Positions 1 through 8,662 of a stretch of DNA of 18,791 nt are shown here, one piece after another (position 1 is the stretch's first letter; each line of letters opens with the position of its first letter). Location: positions 1 to 18,791 of the forward strand of contig CAMAPH010000048.1 in the NCBI GenBank assembly GCA_945859975.1, read 5' to 3'. The notes beneath the pieces were generated by a model. It searched no databases. It was not told the DNA's origin and saw only the letters and a list, made by a program, of their open reading frames with translations. The position numbers were made by a program, and so were the translations under genes. This DNA comes from Chthonomonas calidirosea (GTDB lineage Bacteria; Armatimonadota; Fimbriimonadia; Fimbriimonadales; Fimbriimonadaceae).

Positions 1-159
1 CTCCGGGAAACGAAGGAAACGCTGCTCAACGTTCTGCAAAACATCCGCCAAGGCTCCATCGCCGCCATCCCCGGAAGCTATTGCACGTTCTGCGACCACG
101 CCGAACTATGCCGCGTCTCTGGCGACTACGCACCTGCCGAAGAGGAGTCCGCAGAATGA
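1..159 (+). CDS. 3' end of an AddB/RexB-like PD-(D/E)XK nuclease with C-terminal Fe-S cysteines (partial)
   Basis: Frame 1 reads LRETKETLLNVLQNIRQGSIAAIPGSYCTFCDHAELCRVSGDYAPAEEESAE*. C-x2-C-x5-C matches the C-terminal cysteines of the AddB/Cas4-type iron staple. TGA (157-159) overlaps the helicase ATG (ATGA). Not in the ORF track. Confidence 0.8.
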   Translation, partial: LRETKETLLNVLQNIRQGSIAAIPGSYCTFCDHAELCRVSGDYAPAEEESAE

Positions 160-2513
160 AATTCACGACAGAGCAGCTCGCGGTGATCGAGAACGATCAA
201 TCCAGCTTCGTCGTCGTTGCGGCCGCCGGATCGGGCAAAACCTCCGTGCTCGCCGAGCGCTACTTGCGCCTCGTCCAAGAGGGCCACTCGCCCGATTCCA
301 TCCTTACGATCACGTTCACCAACAAAGCCGCCGCCGATATGAAGCGACGGATTGTGGACCGACTGCGACGAGAACGGCTGTATGACGAGGCGCAGATCGC
401 CGAAACTGGGCCAATCCAGACCTTCCATGCCTTCTGCGAGCGCATCTTGCGAGAAAACGCCCTCCTCGCCGGACTCGACCCGCAGTTCGACATCCTCAGT
501 CCGGGCGACGCTTCCCAACTACGACGCCAATGCATTCGCGACGTCCTTGCCACCGATCTTCTCGAGTTTCCCGAAGCTGCCGAACTGGTTCGCACCGCCG
601 CCGGTAAGCGAGATTTCCAAGCCACCACCCCGTACCAACAGCTAGAAGACACCGTCATTGGCGTGCTCGAAGGCATGCACAGCTCGACATTCTCGGACGA
701 TCATTACGAGCAAAAATTTGGAACCCTCGAAGCCGCCCGGGCAGCCTTTGGCCGCTTCGTCCAATCGCAGCTCGATCCCGACTTAGACCTCGACCTCTCA
801 GAAATCTCGATTGAAGACTGGTCCGAAGCCATCACGTCCGCTTATGCGCTAGCGAAAAAGTCCGACCGAATCCGTTTCGCAAAGCCAGCCTGGCTGAAAA
901 AGTCGATCGGCAAAGACCAGTCCGCATTCCTCCGCCACACCGTCGGGGTGATGCAACTGGCGCTGGATGCCTCCTGGCGCATCCGCGTCGAAATGAAGCG
1001 CTCCCAGCAGTTCGACTTCAGCGCCCTCGAACATCTCACCGTCGGCTTGCTTAAAGATCGCGTCGAAGCCCGAACCCGCCTCCAGCGCCAATACCGCTAC
1101 GTGATGGTCGACGAATCGCAAGACATGAACCCGATCCAGGACGAGCTCGTCAGCCTCCTAGGCGTCCGCGAAGTCATGCAGGTCGGCGACCCGCAACAGA
1201 GCATCTACGGGTTCCGCATGGCGGATGTCGAGCGGTTTCAATCCAAAGCTTCCAGCTCCAGCACCCTTCGCCTTGGGTTCAACTTCCGCTCCGAACCGGG
1301 AATCATCAACTTCGTCAACGAGTTCTTCCGCGACCAATGGCCCGACAACTACTCGCCCATGCAGAAGCTCGGCCAAACGGTGGATGGTCCCGAGGATGAC
1401 CCGTTCGCCGGACCATCCCTCGACTTCAATGGCGTAGAGCACTGGCCCATCGGCGACACGAACTACGCGCTTATCGCGACGCGAATACAAGAGCTGATCC
1501 AAGACGGAACCGCCCCTGGCAAGATCACCATCCTCGTGCGCGGGATGTCCTTCGCGGTCAAGATTCAGGAAGCATTGGACAAAACCGGTGTGCCCGCCGC
1601 AATCGTCGGCGGCTCAACGAAGTTCTATGCCCGAATGGAAGTCCGAGACCTCGCGAACATCCTCACCGCCTTGGCAAGCCCGTACGATGACTTCGCCTTA
1701 CTCGCGACCCTCGGCGGCCCCGCCGCGCAGCTTTCTCTCGACGCCCTGATCTCTCTGAGCGCCGTAAAGCCAGTCACCGAACAACTGCCCAGCATCCAGC
1801 TAGAGTTGCCTGAGGATCAAGCCAAGCTAGCCGCCTTCCGCGCCTGGTTCGAACCCCTCCGCGAAGGCGCCGACCGCATGTCCGCCGCTGAAGTACTCGC
1901 CGAAGTGTTTCGCTCGAGCCCGCTCCTCGTCAACGTTGCAAAAGGGCCCGGTGGCGAGCAAGCGCTGGCTAACGTTCGCAAGCTCCTGATGATGGCCAGC
2001 GATCAACCTGATCTTGGTCCGCTTGATTTTGCCGAACAAATGCGGACCATCAGCGAGCTTAAAGAGCAAGAAGGCGACGCTCCGGTTCATGAGGACGACA
2101 GCGTCGGAGAGTCCGAGCGCCCGGTCCAGATCATGACCATCCACAAAGCCAAAGGACTGGAGTTCGACACCGTCGTCTTGCCCGATACCAAGGGTGCCTT
2201 CAAGAAGCGCATTCGGTCCGTGATCTTCGATCAGCGCTTGCCGCTGCTATCGGTAAAGCTTGAGTCCGGCGAGGGCCTGATCCACCGAATGCTCGACCAT
2301 CTGATCTCCGAGCGCTCCCTCGCCGAAGAACTCCGAGTACTGTATGTAGCCCTGACCCGAGCCAAGCGCCGACTTTGCATCGTCAGCGTGAACACGGACA
2401 GAGACTCTGCGACCCAGCGCCTGCAAAGAACCTTCAGCCGCCTCGGTGACAAGATCACCACGCGTGGCGCGGTAAGCCCACCCGACGAGAACTCGGTACC
2501 CTCTGACGAATGA
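156..2513 (+). CDS. UvrD/AddA-like SF1A DNA helicase, 785 aa, no C-terminal nuclease domain
   Basis: Motifs AAAGSGKT (I), TFTNKAA (Ia), TFHAFC, DESQD (II), VGDPQQSIYGFR (III), NFRS (IV), MTIHKAKGLEFD (V), EELRVLYVALTRAK (VI). Start placed at ATG 156 (MKFTTEQ), coupled to the upstream stop. Confidence 0.92.
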   Translation: MKFTTEQLAVIENDQSSFVVVAAAGSGKTSVLAERYLRLVQEGHSPDSILTITFTNKAAADMKRRIVDRLRRERLYDEAQIAETGPIQTFHAFCERILRENALLAGLDPQFDILSPGDASQLRRQCIRDVLATDLLEFPEAAELVRTAAGKRDFQATTPYQQLEDTVIGVLEGMHSSTFSDDHYEQKFGTLEAARAAFGRFVQSQLDPDLDLDLSEISIEDWSEAITSAYALAKKSDRIRFAKPAWLKKSIGKDQSAFLRHTVGVMQLALDASWRIRVEMKRSQQFDFSALEHLTVGLLKDRVEARTRLQRQYRYVMVDESQDMNPIQDELVSLLGVREVMQVGDPQQSIYGFRMADVERFQSKASSSSTLRLGFNFRSEPGIINFVNEFFRDQWPDNYSPMQKLGQTVDGPEDDPFAGPSLDFNGVEHWPIGDTNYALIATRIQELIQDGTAPGKITILVRGMSFAVKIQEALDKTGVPAAIVGGSTKFYARMEVRDLANILTALASPYDDFALLATLGGPAAQLSLDALISLSAVKPVTEQLPSIQLELPEDQAKLAAFRAWFEPLREGADRMSAAEVLAEVFRSSPLLVNVAKGPGGEQALANVRKLLMMASDQPDLGPLDFAEQMRTISELKEQEGDAPVHEDDSVGESERPVQIMTIHKAKGLEFDTVVLPDTKGAFKKRIRSVIFDQRLPLLSVKLESGEGLIHRMLDHLISERSLAEELRVLYVALTRAKRRLCIVSVNTDRDSATQRLQRTFSRLGDKITTRGAVSPPDENSVPSDE
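2495..2502 (+). promoter_or_regulatory. Putative -10 element (GG-TACCCT), leaderless-type
   Basis: TACCCT at 2497-2502, 7 nt before ATG 2510; no Shine-Dalgarno. Confidence 0.45.
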
Positions 2514-3730
2514 CGCGCATCGCGGTCGTGGGCGGAGGGTTAGCTGGCCTAACCTGCGCCAAGACCCTCGAAAACTCTGGATTCGCAGTCGATCTCTTTG
2601 AGCAATCCGACCGCGTCGGCGGCAAGTTGAGAACCGATAAGGTCCGAGGATTCCGAGTCGACCGGGGTTTCCAGGTGTACTTTCCCGCCTATCCCAACGC
2701 CAAAGAACTGCTCGATCACGGGAAGCTCGACCTGAAATTCTGGAAGAACGGAGCGCGAGTCTGGACGGGCGATGCCTGGAACCTGATTGACGCCGACCGA
2801 CCGCTTTCGACGGCAATTTCCCCTCTCTTGGGCCTAAAAGACAAGCTGCTCACCCTCCGCCTCCGGCAATATGCCCTCGGCCTTGAAGAAGCCGACCGAA
2901 ACAAACTCAAAGACGAAACCGCCGAAACGTTCCTTCGCGGGTTCGGACTGTCCGATGCTTATCTCGACCGGTTCGCGCGGCCGTTCTTCGGCGGCATCTT
3001 CTTAGACCGATCGTTGAGTGTTTCTGCGAGGCAATTCCTGTTCGTCTTCGCGTGCGTGGCAAGGGGCGGCGCGGCTACCCCGGCGAAGGGAATCGAAGCC
3101 ATCCCTCAGCAATTGGCGGACGGTCTCAAAAACACCCGAATCCGAACCGCCTGCGATGTTGCCGAAGTTAACGGAACATCCGTGCGAGTCCTCGGCGAAA
3201 GCGCAAAAACCTACGCAGCAACCATCGTCTGCGCTGGCCATACCGGGACCGAAAACCTAATCAATAAGCCGGTTGTCACCGGAGTAAAGTCATCTGTCTG
3301 CCTCACTTATGCCGTCCAATATCCGCTCGTGACCGAGCCGTACTTGCTCCTCAATGGCAGCGGTCAAGGCCTTATCAACGAGGTTGCTCCCCTAAGCATC
3401 GTCTCGACCGCACTCGCGCCGAACGGCGGCCATCTATTCAGCGCAACCGTTCTCGGCCAAACCGAGGTCGATCCCGACGCGATTGAGGCCGAACTCCGAA
3501 CTTGGTTCCCAGCCCACTCCTTCCGAGGACTCACATTGCTCAAAGTCGACGAGATCCGCGATGCCCAGTTCGCCCAACCGCCCGGTTTCCAAGACAGCCG
3601 ACCACCTTACGAAACCGCCACGCCAAACCTGTGGCTTGCCGGAGATTTCAGCCAAAACTGCAGCATCGATGGCGCAATGAACGCGGGCCGCCAATGCGCA
3701 CAAGCCGTCGCACGTAGGTACACAGCATGA
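2510..3730 (+). CDS. FAD-dependent oxidoreductase, flavin amine oxidase/phytoene desaturase-like superfamily
   Basis: GGGLAG dinucleotide-binding motif, EQSDRVGG, DRGFQVYFPAYP, C-terminal LAGD...SIDGAMNAG. Confidence 0.85.
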   Translation: MTRIAVVGGGLAGLTCAKTLENSGFAVDLFEQSDRVGGKLRTDKVRGFRVDRGFQVYFPAYPNAKELLDHGKLDLKFWKNGARVWTGDAWNLIDADRPLSTAISPLLGLKDKLLTLRLRQYALGLEEADRNKLKDETAETFLRGFGLSDAYLDRFARPFFGGIFLDRSLSVSARQFLFVFACVARGGAATPAKGIEAIPQQLADGLKNTRIRTACDVAEVNGTSVRVLGESAKTYAATIVCAGHTGTENLINKPVVTGVKSSVCLTYAVQYPLVTEPYLLLNGSGQGLINEVAPLSIVSTALAPNGGHLFSATVLGQTEVDPDAIEAELRTWFPAHSFRGLTLLKVDEIRDAQFAQPPGFQDSRPPYETATPNLWLAGDFSQNCSIDGAMNAGRQCAQAVARRYTA

Positions 3731-4686
3731 AAGTAGGGATTGTTGGAGCAGGGATTGCTGGTCTTTCCGCCGGTCGAGAACTCCATAAGCAGGGCCAGCA
3801 AGCCGTGCTGTTCGAGAAAAGTCGAGGACCCGGAGGACGCTGCGCCACCCGTCGCCGAGGCGATTTCTTCTGGGATTCTGGCGCTACCAGCATTCTCCCG
3901 CGCGGAAAAGCCCTTGAACAGGTGATCCTAGAGGAACTCCCCACCGACGAGCTCACAAGAATCACCTTGCCCGTCGCGACGCACGAAAACTTGCGCGTTA
4001 GACCTGGCGACCCACGCCGCGGTGGCACGCGCTACTGCTACCAAAACGGCATGAACACCATGGCTAAGCTGCTGGCTACTGGGTTAGACATCCGCCCAGA
4101 AGTCAGCGTAGACGCCATCGAAAAGTTGGGCGAGAGTTTCAAGATCGCGGGCGAGATTTTCGATGCCGTCATCCTCACCTGCCCGATCCCACAAACGAGC
4201 CTGCTGCTTTGGGGCATGAACGAATCAAGACCGATTGGAAATGTCCGATACCGCCCGTGCATCAGCGTCCTTCTCGGCTACGAAACTCCGCTTCCCGAAA
4301 CCCACTACTTCGCTGTTCTTGATCCCGAACAATCGCACCCGCTGACTTGGCTGAGTTTGGAGAGCAACAAAGTCCCCGGCCGCCCGCCAACCCTCGTGGC
4401 TCAGATGAATCGGACCTTCAGCGCCAGAGAGTACGACCGCGCCGATGCCGACCTTGTCAGTACGGTTTCGACCTACATCGCGTCGCTGATAGGTAACGCG
4501 CACGCCGTGCCAGCCGTCAGCGATGTAATGCGCTGGAAATATTCCCAACCCGAAAGCTTCGCCGATTTCGGCCAGGTGAACCCACCTGGAAGCAAGATCA
4601 TCTTGGCGTCCGATGGTCTACTTGGCGGTCATTTGGAAGATGCCTATGAAGTCGGACTAAAAGCCGCTAGAATGTTGGCATCATGA
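3727..4686 (+). CDS. Renalase-like NAD(P)/FAD-dependent oxidoreductase (COG3380-like)
   Basis: GAGIAG, FEKSRGPGGRCATRR, WDSGA, RWKYSQP, C-terminal GGHLEDAYEVG; 319 aa; ATGA overlap with the upstream gene. Confidence 0.8.
   Translation: MKVGIVGAGIAGLSAGRELHKQGQQAVLFEKSRGPGGRCATRRRGDFFWDSGATSILPRGKALEQVILEELPTDELTRITLPVATHENLRVRPGDPRRGGTRYCYQNGMNTMAKLLATGLDIRPEVSVDAIEKLGESFKIAGEIFDAVILTCPIPQTSLLLWGMNESRPIGNVRYRPCISVLLGYETPLPETHYFAVLDPEQSHPLTWLSLESNKVPGRPPTLVAQMNRTFSAREYDRADADLVSTVSTYIASLIGNAHAVPAVSDVMRWKYSQPESFADFGQVNPPGSKIILASDGLLGGHLEDAYEVGLKAARMLAS
4668..4673 (+). promoter_or_regulatory. Putative -10 element TAGAAT
   Basis: TAGAAT 9 nt before ATG 4683, inside the 3' end of the upstream gene. 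Confidence 0.4.
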
Positions 4687-5351
4687 GACCCAAGTCTCTT
4701 TTCATGGCTTTAGGCTTTTCAGGGTTTATTGCGTTAAGTTTTCCCCAAAGCAGTTTTGCCCAGGGTGGTTCTGTTGAGTTGCTTGTAAAGCAGAAGTCAG
4801 AAGAAGGCGTTTGGACCGACTTGGGCAAAGCGGTCGTTAGCCAAAAGCTCCTCACCCAAGGCGGCAAGAGCGTCGAGGTCCGGCTAGAGAACGGCGATTT
4901 CACCACTCGACAGCAAAGCATCTACGACATCAAAGGTCAGATGATCCGGCGATATGTGCAGAGTTTAGAAAAGGGCCGCCCGAAGGATTCGAAGATCGTA
5001 ACTTTTGATGCCAAAGGGGCAAATGTCGTGATCGACCGCTCCGGAACGCGCGAAACCCGCAACGTTCCGTTTCTCAAAGACATCCCGATTGCCAACCCCA
5101 GTGAGTTCTGGTTCATTCGAGAAAAGCCGAAGGCCGGACAAACCGTTACTTGGCAGCAGTTCACGGAAGCCGACGTTTGGACAACGGCAAAAGCGATCTA
5201 CAAAGGCCGCGTGCCCCTTCCCGGCAAAAACGTTCAAGCAGAGTTGGTCGTGACCGAGTACTCGAACCGTAAAGTGGAATCGTTCTTTGACGACAAAGGG
5301 CAAATCCTGCTGGTGCGAGACAGCATCGGCATCCAGATGGAACGCCAGTAA
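4683..5351 (+). CDS. Secreted hypothetical protein, beta-rich (possibly DUF3108-like)
   Basis: Signal peptide MRPKSLFMALGFSGFIALSFPQSSFA/Q; alternating beta-strand patterns; fills the gap between flanking genes. The family guess is weak. Confidence 0.7.
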   Translation: MRPKSLFMALGFSGFIALSFPQSSFAQGGSVELLVKQKSEEGVWTDLGKAVVSQKLLTQGGKSVEVRLENGDFTTRQQSIYDIKGQMIRRYVQSLEKGRPKDSKIVTFDAKGANVVIDRSGTRETRNVPFLKDIPIANPSEFWFIREKPKAGQTVTWQQFTEADVWTTAKAIYKGRVPLPGKNVQAELVVTEYSNRKVESFFDDKGQILLVRDSIGIQMERQ

Positions 5352-5354
5352 ACT
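5349..5354 (+). promoter_or_regulatory. Putative -10 element TAAACT, leaderless-type, for dapB
   Basis: TAAACT shares the upstream TAA stop codon and lies 6 nt before ATG 5361. Confidence 0.5.
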
Positions 5355-5360
5355 AGCGGA

Positions 5361-6155
5361 ATGTCAAAGTTGCGGGTTGGAATCGTCGGCGCCAGCGGAC
5401 GAATGGGAACCGAAATCGCGGCTGGGCTAGATGCGGATTCCGGCTATGAACCCGCGTTTGGAATCTCCCGAACAAACGGGCCTGCGCACCCAACGGTGCC
5501 ACTGCTTCCGATGTTCACTGACCTTTCGGATGCCTTAGCGGCTCATCCGATCGACGTTCTTCTCGACCTGTCCCACCGCGAAGTCGCCGTGCAGAACGCT
5601 CTCACCGCCGCGAAACAGAAGGTCCCTGCCGTGATCGGCGCCACTGGCCTCTCCCAAGCCGACCTTGACCGCCTGGCCGAAATCGCCGCGGAAAACCAAG
5701 TGGCCGTCCTGTACATCCCGAATTTCGCGATCGGCGCCGTCCTGATGATGAAGTTCTCCGAGCTCGCTGCCCAATGGCTTCCCGATGCAGAAATCATCGA
5801 AATGCACCACGAGCGAAAAGAAGACGCTCCGAGCGGGACCGCGATGCTCACCGCCGAACTCATCCAACGCGGACGCACCCAGGCTCCAATGCCGCTACCA
5901 AAGCCGTTCTTAAAGGCGGAAGGCGCACGGGGCGCGACGGTTGCCGAAGTGCCAGTGCATAGCGTTCGATTGCCCGGCATGCTGGCCCACCAACAAGTCA
6001 TCTTTGGCGGACTCGGGGAAACCCTCACGTTGCGCCACGATAGCCTGAGCCGAAGCTCGTTCCTTGCCGGAGTGAAGCTTTGCTGCCAAGCTGCGCAAAC
6101 GCGTACGGGACTCACCGTGGGCCTGGATCAGATATTGTTCCCCTCTGCCAGCTAA
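5361..6155 (+). CDS. dapB: 4-hydroxy-tetrahydrodipicolinate reductase
   Basis: GASGRMG, IGATG, PNFAIG, EMHHERKEDAPSGTA, HSVRLPG, LTLRHD. Confidence 0.97.
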   Translation: MSKLRVGIVGASGRMGTEIAAGLDADSGYEPAFGISRTNGPAHPTVPLLPMFTDLSDALAAHPIDVLLDLSHREVAVQNALTAAKQKVPAVIGATGLSQADLDRLAEIAAENQVAVLYIPNFAIGAVLMMKFSELAAQWLPDAEIIEMHHERKEDAPSGTAMLTAELIQRGRTQAPMPLPKPFLKAEGARGATVAEVPVHSVRLPGMLAHQQVIFGGLGETLTLRHDSLSRSSFLAGVKLCCQAAQTRTGLTVGLDQILFPSAS

Positions 6156-6160
6156 GGTCC

Positions 6161-6168
6161 GGTACAGT
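6161..6168 (+). promoter_or_regulatory. Putative -10 element (GG-TACAGT), leaderless-type
   Basis: TACAGT at 6163-6168, 7 nt before ATG 6176, in a 20-nt intergenic gap with no SD. Confidence 0.55.
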
Positions 6169-6175
6169 TTCACCT

Positions 6176-6697
6176 ATGGCATTACCCGCCGCTGGCGAAG
6201 AAATCGCGGTTCTTCATACGAACCTTGGCATTATCAAACTTCGATTCCTGGAAGACAAAGCTCCAAAGCATGTCGCTGCCTTTAAGAAGCTCGTAACCGA
6301 CGGCTACTACGACGGCATCCACTTCCACCGCGTAATCCCCGGCTTCATGATTCAGGGCGGCTGTCCGAACACCAAGCCCGGCGCTTCTGGCCCGGCCGGC
6401 ACCGGCGGCCCAGGCTACACCATCCCTGCAGAGTTTAACGACGTGAAGCACGAGCGCGGAATTCTCAGCGCCGCTCGCACCGCCGATCCAAACTCCGCCG
6501 GAAGCCAGTTCTTCCTCATGGTGAAATACTCGCCGCACCTCGACCGTCAGTACTCCGCATACGGCGAAGTGTTTGAAGGCATGGACGTCGTTGATGCAAT
6601 CGTGAATCTGCCTCGAGATCGCTCGGATCGACCACTCCCGGCCAATCCCGCTATCATTGAGAAAGCAACTCTCGAAACGTACGGAGCCACTGAATGA
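6176..6697 (+). CDS. Cyclophilin-type peptidyl-prolyl cis-trans isomerase, cytoplasmic
   Basis: GYYDGIHFHRVIPGFMIQGG, GTGGPGY, SAGSQFF, PHLD. Start placed at ATG 6176 (MALPAAG) to avoid overlapping dapB. Confidence 0.95.
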   Translation: MALPAAGEEIAVLHTNLGIIKLRFLEDKAPKHVAAFKKLVTDGYYDGIHFHRVIPGFMIQGGCPNTKPGASGPAGTGGPGYTIPAEFNDVKHERGILSAARTADPNSAGSQFFLMVKYSPHLDRQYSAYGEVFEGMDVVDAIVNLPRDRSDRPLPANPAIIEKATLETYGATE

Positions 6698-7431
6698 TTA
6701 CCCGCATCTTGCCCTTTATCCTCGGAATCAGCCTTCTCGGCTTTGGATGTGATCCAAAGCCAGCGGAAACGGCCAGCCTCGATTCAAGCACCTCGACTGC
6801 CGGCACCACAACTGCTGGCTCATCGACGCCAGCTGAAACCCCGGCAGAAACTCCGGCCGAGCCCGCGAAGGCAGAGCCAACGCCAGCCGATCAGACAAAG
6901 GCCACCGACAAGCCGCCATACGCCGACACGGTTGTCCTGCCAACGGATGTTCTCGTACTAGAAACCAGCATGGGCACCATGAAGGCAAAGTTCTTCCTGG
7001 ATAAAGCACCAAACCACGCCAAGAACTTCGTTTACTTGGCCAAGAAGGGCTTCTACGATGGCACCCGATTCCACCGCATCATCAAGGGCTTCATGATTCA
7101 GGGCGGCGACCCGAACACCAAGCCTGGCGGCGAAAAGAACGGCCCTCCAGGAACTGGCGGACCAGGCTACAACGTCAAGAACGAGTTCAACGATACGGCG
7201 CACTTGGGAGGCATTCTCAGCATGGCCCGGTCCCAGGATCCGGACTCGGCCGGAAGTCAGTTCTTCGTGGTCCACAAGACGGCTCCGCACCTCGACGGTC
7301 AATACACCGCCTTTGGCAAGCTCATCTCGGGCATGGACGTGCTTGAGAAGATTGCCAACGTGAAGACCCAACCAGGCGATGCCCCGGTTGAGCCCGTGAT
7401 CCTCAAGTCCGTCAAGATCGTCAAAGGCTGA
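6694..7431 (+). CDS. Cyclophilin-type PPIase, lipoprotein with Pro/Ala/Thr-rich linker
   Basis: Lipobox-like LLGFGC, low-complexity linker, then GFYDGTRFHRIIKGFMIQGGDP, LSMARSQDPDSAGSQFF, PHLDGQYTAFG. Confidence 0.95.
   Translation: MITRILPFILGISLLGFGCDPKPAETASLDSSTSTAGTTTAGSSTPAETPAETPAEPAKAEPTPADQTKATDKPPYADTVVLPTDVLVLETSMGTMKAKFFLDKAPNHAKNFVYLAKKGFYDGTRFHRIIKGFMIQGGDPNTKPGGEKNGPPGTGGPGYNVKNEFNDTAHLGGILSMARSQDPDSAGSQFFVVHKTAPHLDGQYTAFGKLISGMDVLEKIANVKTQPGDAPVEPVILKSVKIVKG
6826..6861 (+). repeat. 3 x 12-nt degenerate coding repeat (TPAE-TPAE-TPAE)
   Basis: acgccagctgaa / accccggcagaa / actccggccgag; copies differ only at synonymous positions. Confidence 0.7.
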
Positions 7432-7436
7432 TCTTA

Positions 7437-8306
7437 ATGCGCTGGCCCTCTTTTCGTAGATTCAATCTGCCAAAGAGGAGACTCAGCCAAACGATCGTAA
7501 TTGCCGCCGGAACCTACGCCCAAGGCGTGGCCGGCGGCTTAATGTTTGGTCTGCCGCTACTCTTCACCATGGAGATGTGGCAACACGGCGCGACGATCCC
7601 GTCAGCGCATCTTCTCCTGAGCATCGCGCTCACGTTTGGCATCCTCTTGCTCTTTAACCGCACCGTCGGAACGCATCCCGACGCGTCTTTTCGGGATGTC
7701 GTCATGGAATCGGTCGAAGAGCTCGGCCTGGGCTTTATTGTCGCTGCCACCGTTCTTCACCTCATCGGGCGGATTCACGTCAACATGCCTTTCGCCGAAC
7801 TCGCGGGCAAAGTGACGATGGAAGCGCTCGTCACGAGTATCGGAGTGAGTATCGGCACGGTTCAATTCGGTGCCAGCGCAAACGGCGCAAGCACCAACGG
7901 TAAGCGTGAAGTCCCCATTCTCGGACAGATCGCCGTTGCCTTTTGCGGCGCCATCTTTGTTGCCGCCAGCGTGGCTCCGACCGAAGAAGTGCTGCTCATC
8001 GCGGTGGAATCGTCGCCGGTGAAGGCATTTCGAATGCTCATCGCGTGCCTCATCCTCACCGCGCTCATTCTCGGGTTTACCGACCTCCGGCGAAGTCGCG
8101 ATTTCCGTACTCAGTGCTGGATTCCGCGCTCAATCTTTGGGCCTGTGGTCACGGTTGGCGTAGCCCTCACCACCGCCACCATGCTTCTCTGGTTCTTCCG
8201 TCACCTCGACGACCGCTCTTTCGCCGTCAATCTTCGCCAAATCGTGACCCTCGCCGTACCTGGAGCCCTGGGTGCTTCGGCGGGCCGAATCCTCTTTAAA
8301 GCATGA
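7437..8306 (+). CDS. TIGR02587/DUF2391-like integral membrane protein
   Basis: About 8 hydrophobic segments; GVAGGLMFGLPLLFTMEMW, ESVEELGLG, SVAPTEEV, GALGASAGR. Start uncertain. Confidence 0.8.
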   Translation: MRWPSFRRFNLPKRRLSQTIVIAAGTYAQGVAGGLMFGLPLLFTMEMWQHGATIPSAHLLLSIALTFGILLLFNRTVGTHPDASFRDVVMESVEELGLGFIVAATVLHLIGRIHVNMPFAELAGKVTMEALVTSIGVSIGTVQFGASANGASTNGKREVPILGQIAVAFCGAIFVAASVAPTEEVLLIAVESSPVKAFRMLIACLILTALILGFTDLRRSRDFRTQCWIPRSIFGPVVTVGVALTTATMLLWFFRHLDDRSFAVNLRQIVTLAVPGALGASAGRILFKA

Positions 8307-8662
8307 AACGAACCATTCTGGAAGTATCGGTTTTCACGATCAGCTTGGTCATCATCCTGATCGTTTCGATCGGACTGATCATGGACATCAACCAAGGGCG
8401 CGACCGGTCGGTGAACTTCAAGATCGCGATCACCAGTGTCCGAAAGATCAATGACAGTTACGATGTCGCGATCAAACTGACAAACTTGGGCCGCCAAACC
8501 GCCGAGCAAGTGACGGTGGAGGGGATTGTGAATGACGAGTCGTCTACGATCACGTTCGACTACTTGCCGAACGACTCTTCAGATCGTGGCGTTTTACGAT
8601 TTACCGCGGATCCGGAGCAGTTTCCGCTCCGGACCCGCGTAATCAGTTACCGCTTACCGTGA
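8303..8662 (+). CDS. TIGR02588-like membrane-anchored protein
   Basis: One N-terminal TM helix, then LTNLGRQTAEQVTVEG, ITFDYLP, FTADP, VISYRLP; ATGA-coupled to the TIGR02587-like gene, its usual partner. Confidence 0.75.
   Translation: MKRTILEVSVFTISLVIILIVSIGLIMDINQGRDRSVNFKIAITSVRKINDSYDVAIKLTNLGRQTAEQVTVEGIVNDESSTITFDYLPNDSSDRGVLRFTADPEQFPLRTRVISYRLP

Noticed and set aside
81..155. N-terminal extension of the helicase ORF from TTG 81
   Set aside because: Overlaps the cysteine-motif end of the upstream nuclease gene; ATG 156 gives an ATGA overlap and a normal helicase N-terminus.
6080..6175. Extended start of the first cyclophilin
   Set aside because: Overlaps dapB by 76 nt; ATG 6176 has a -10-like box 7 nt upstream.
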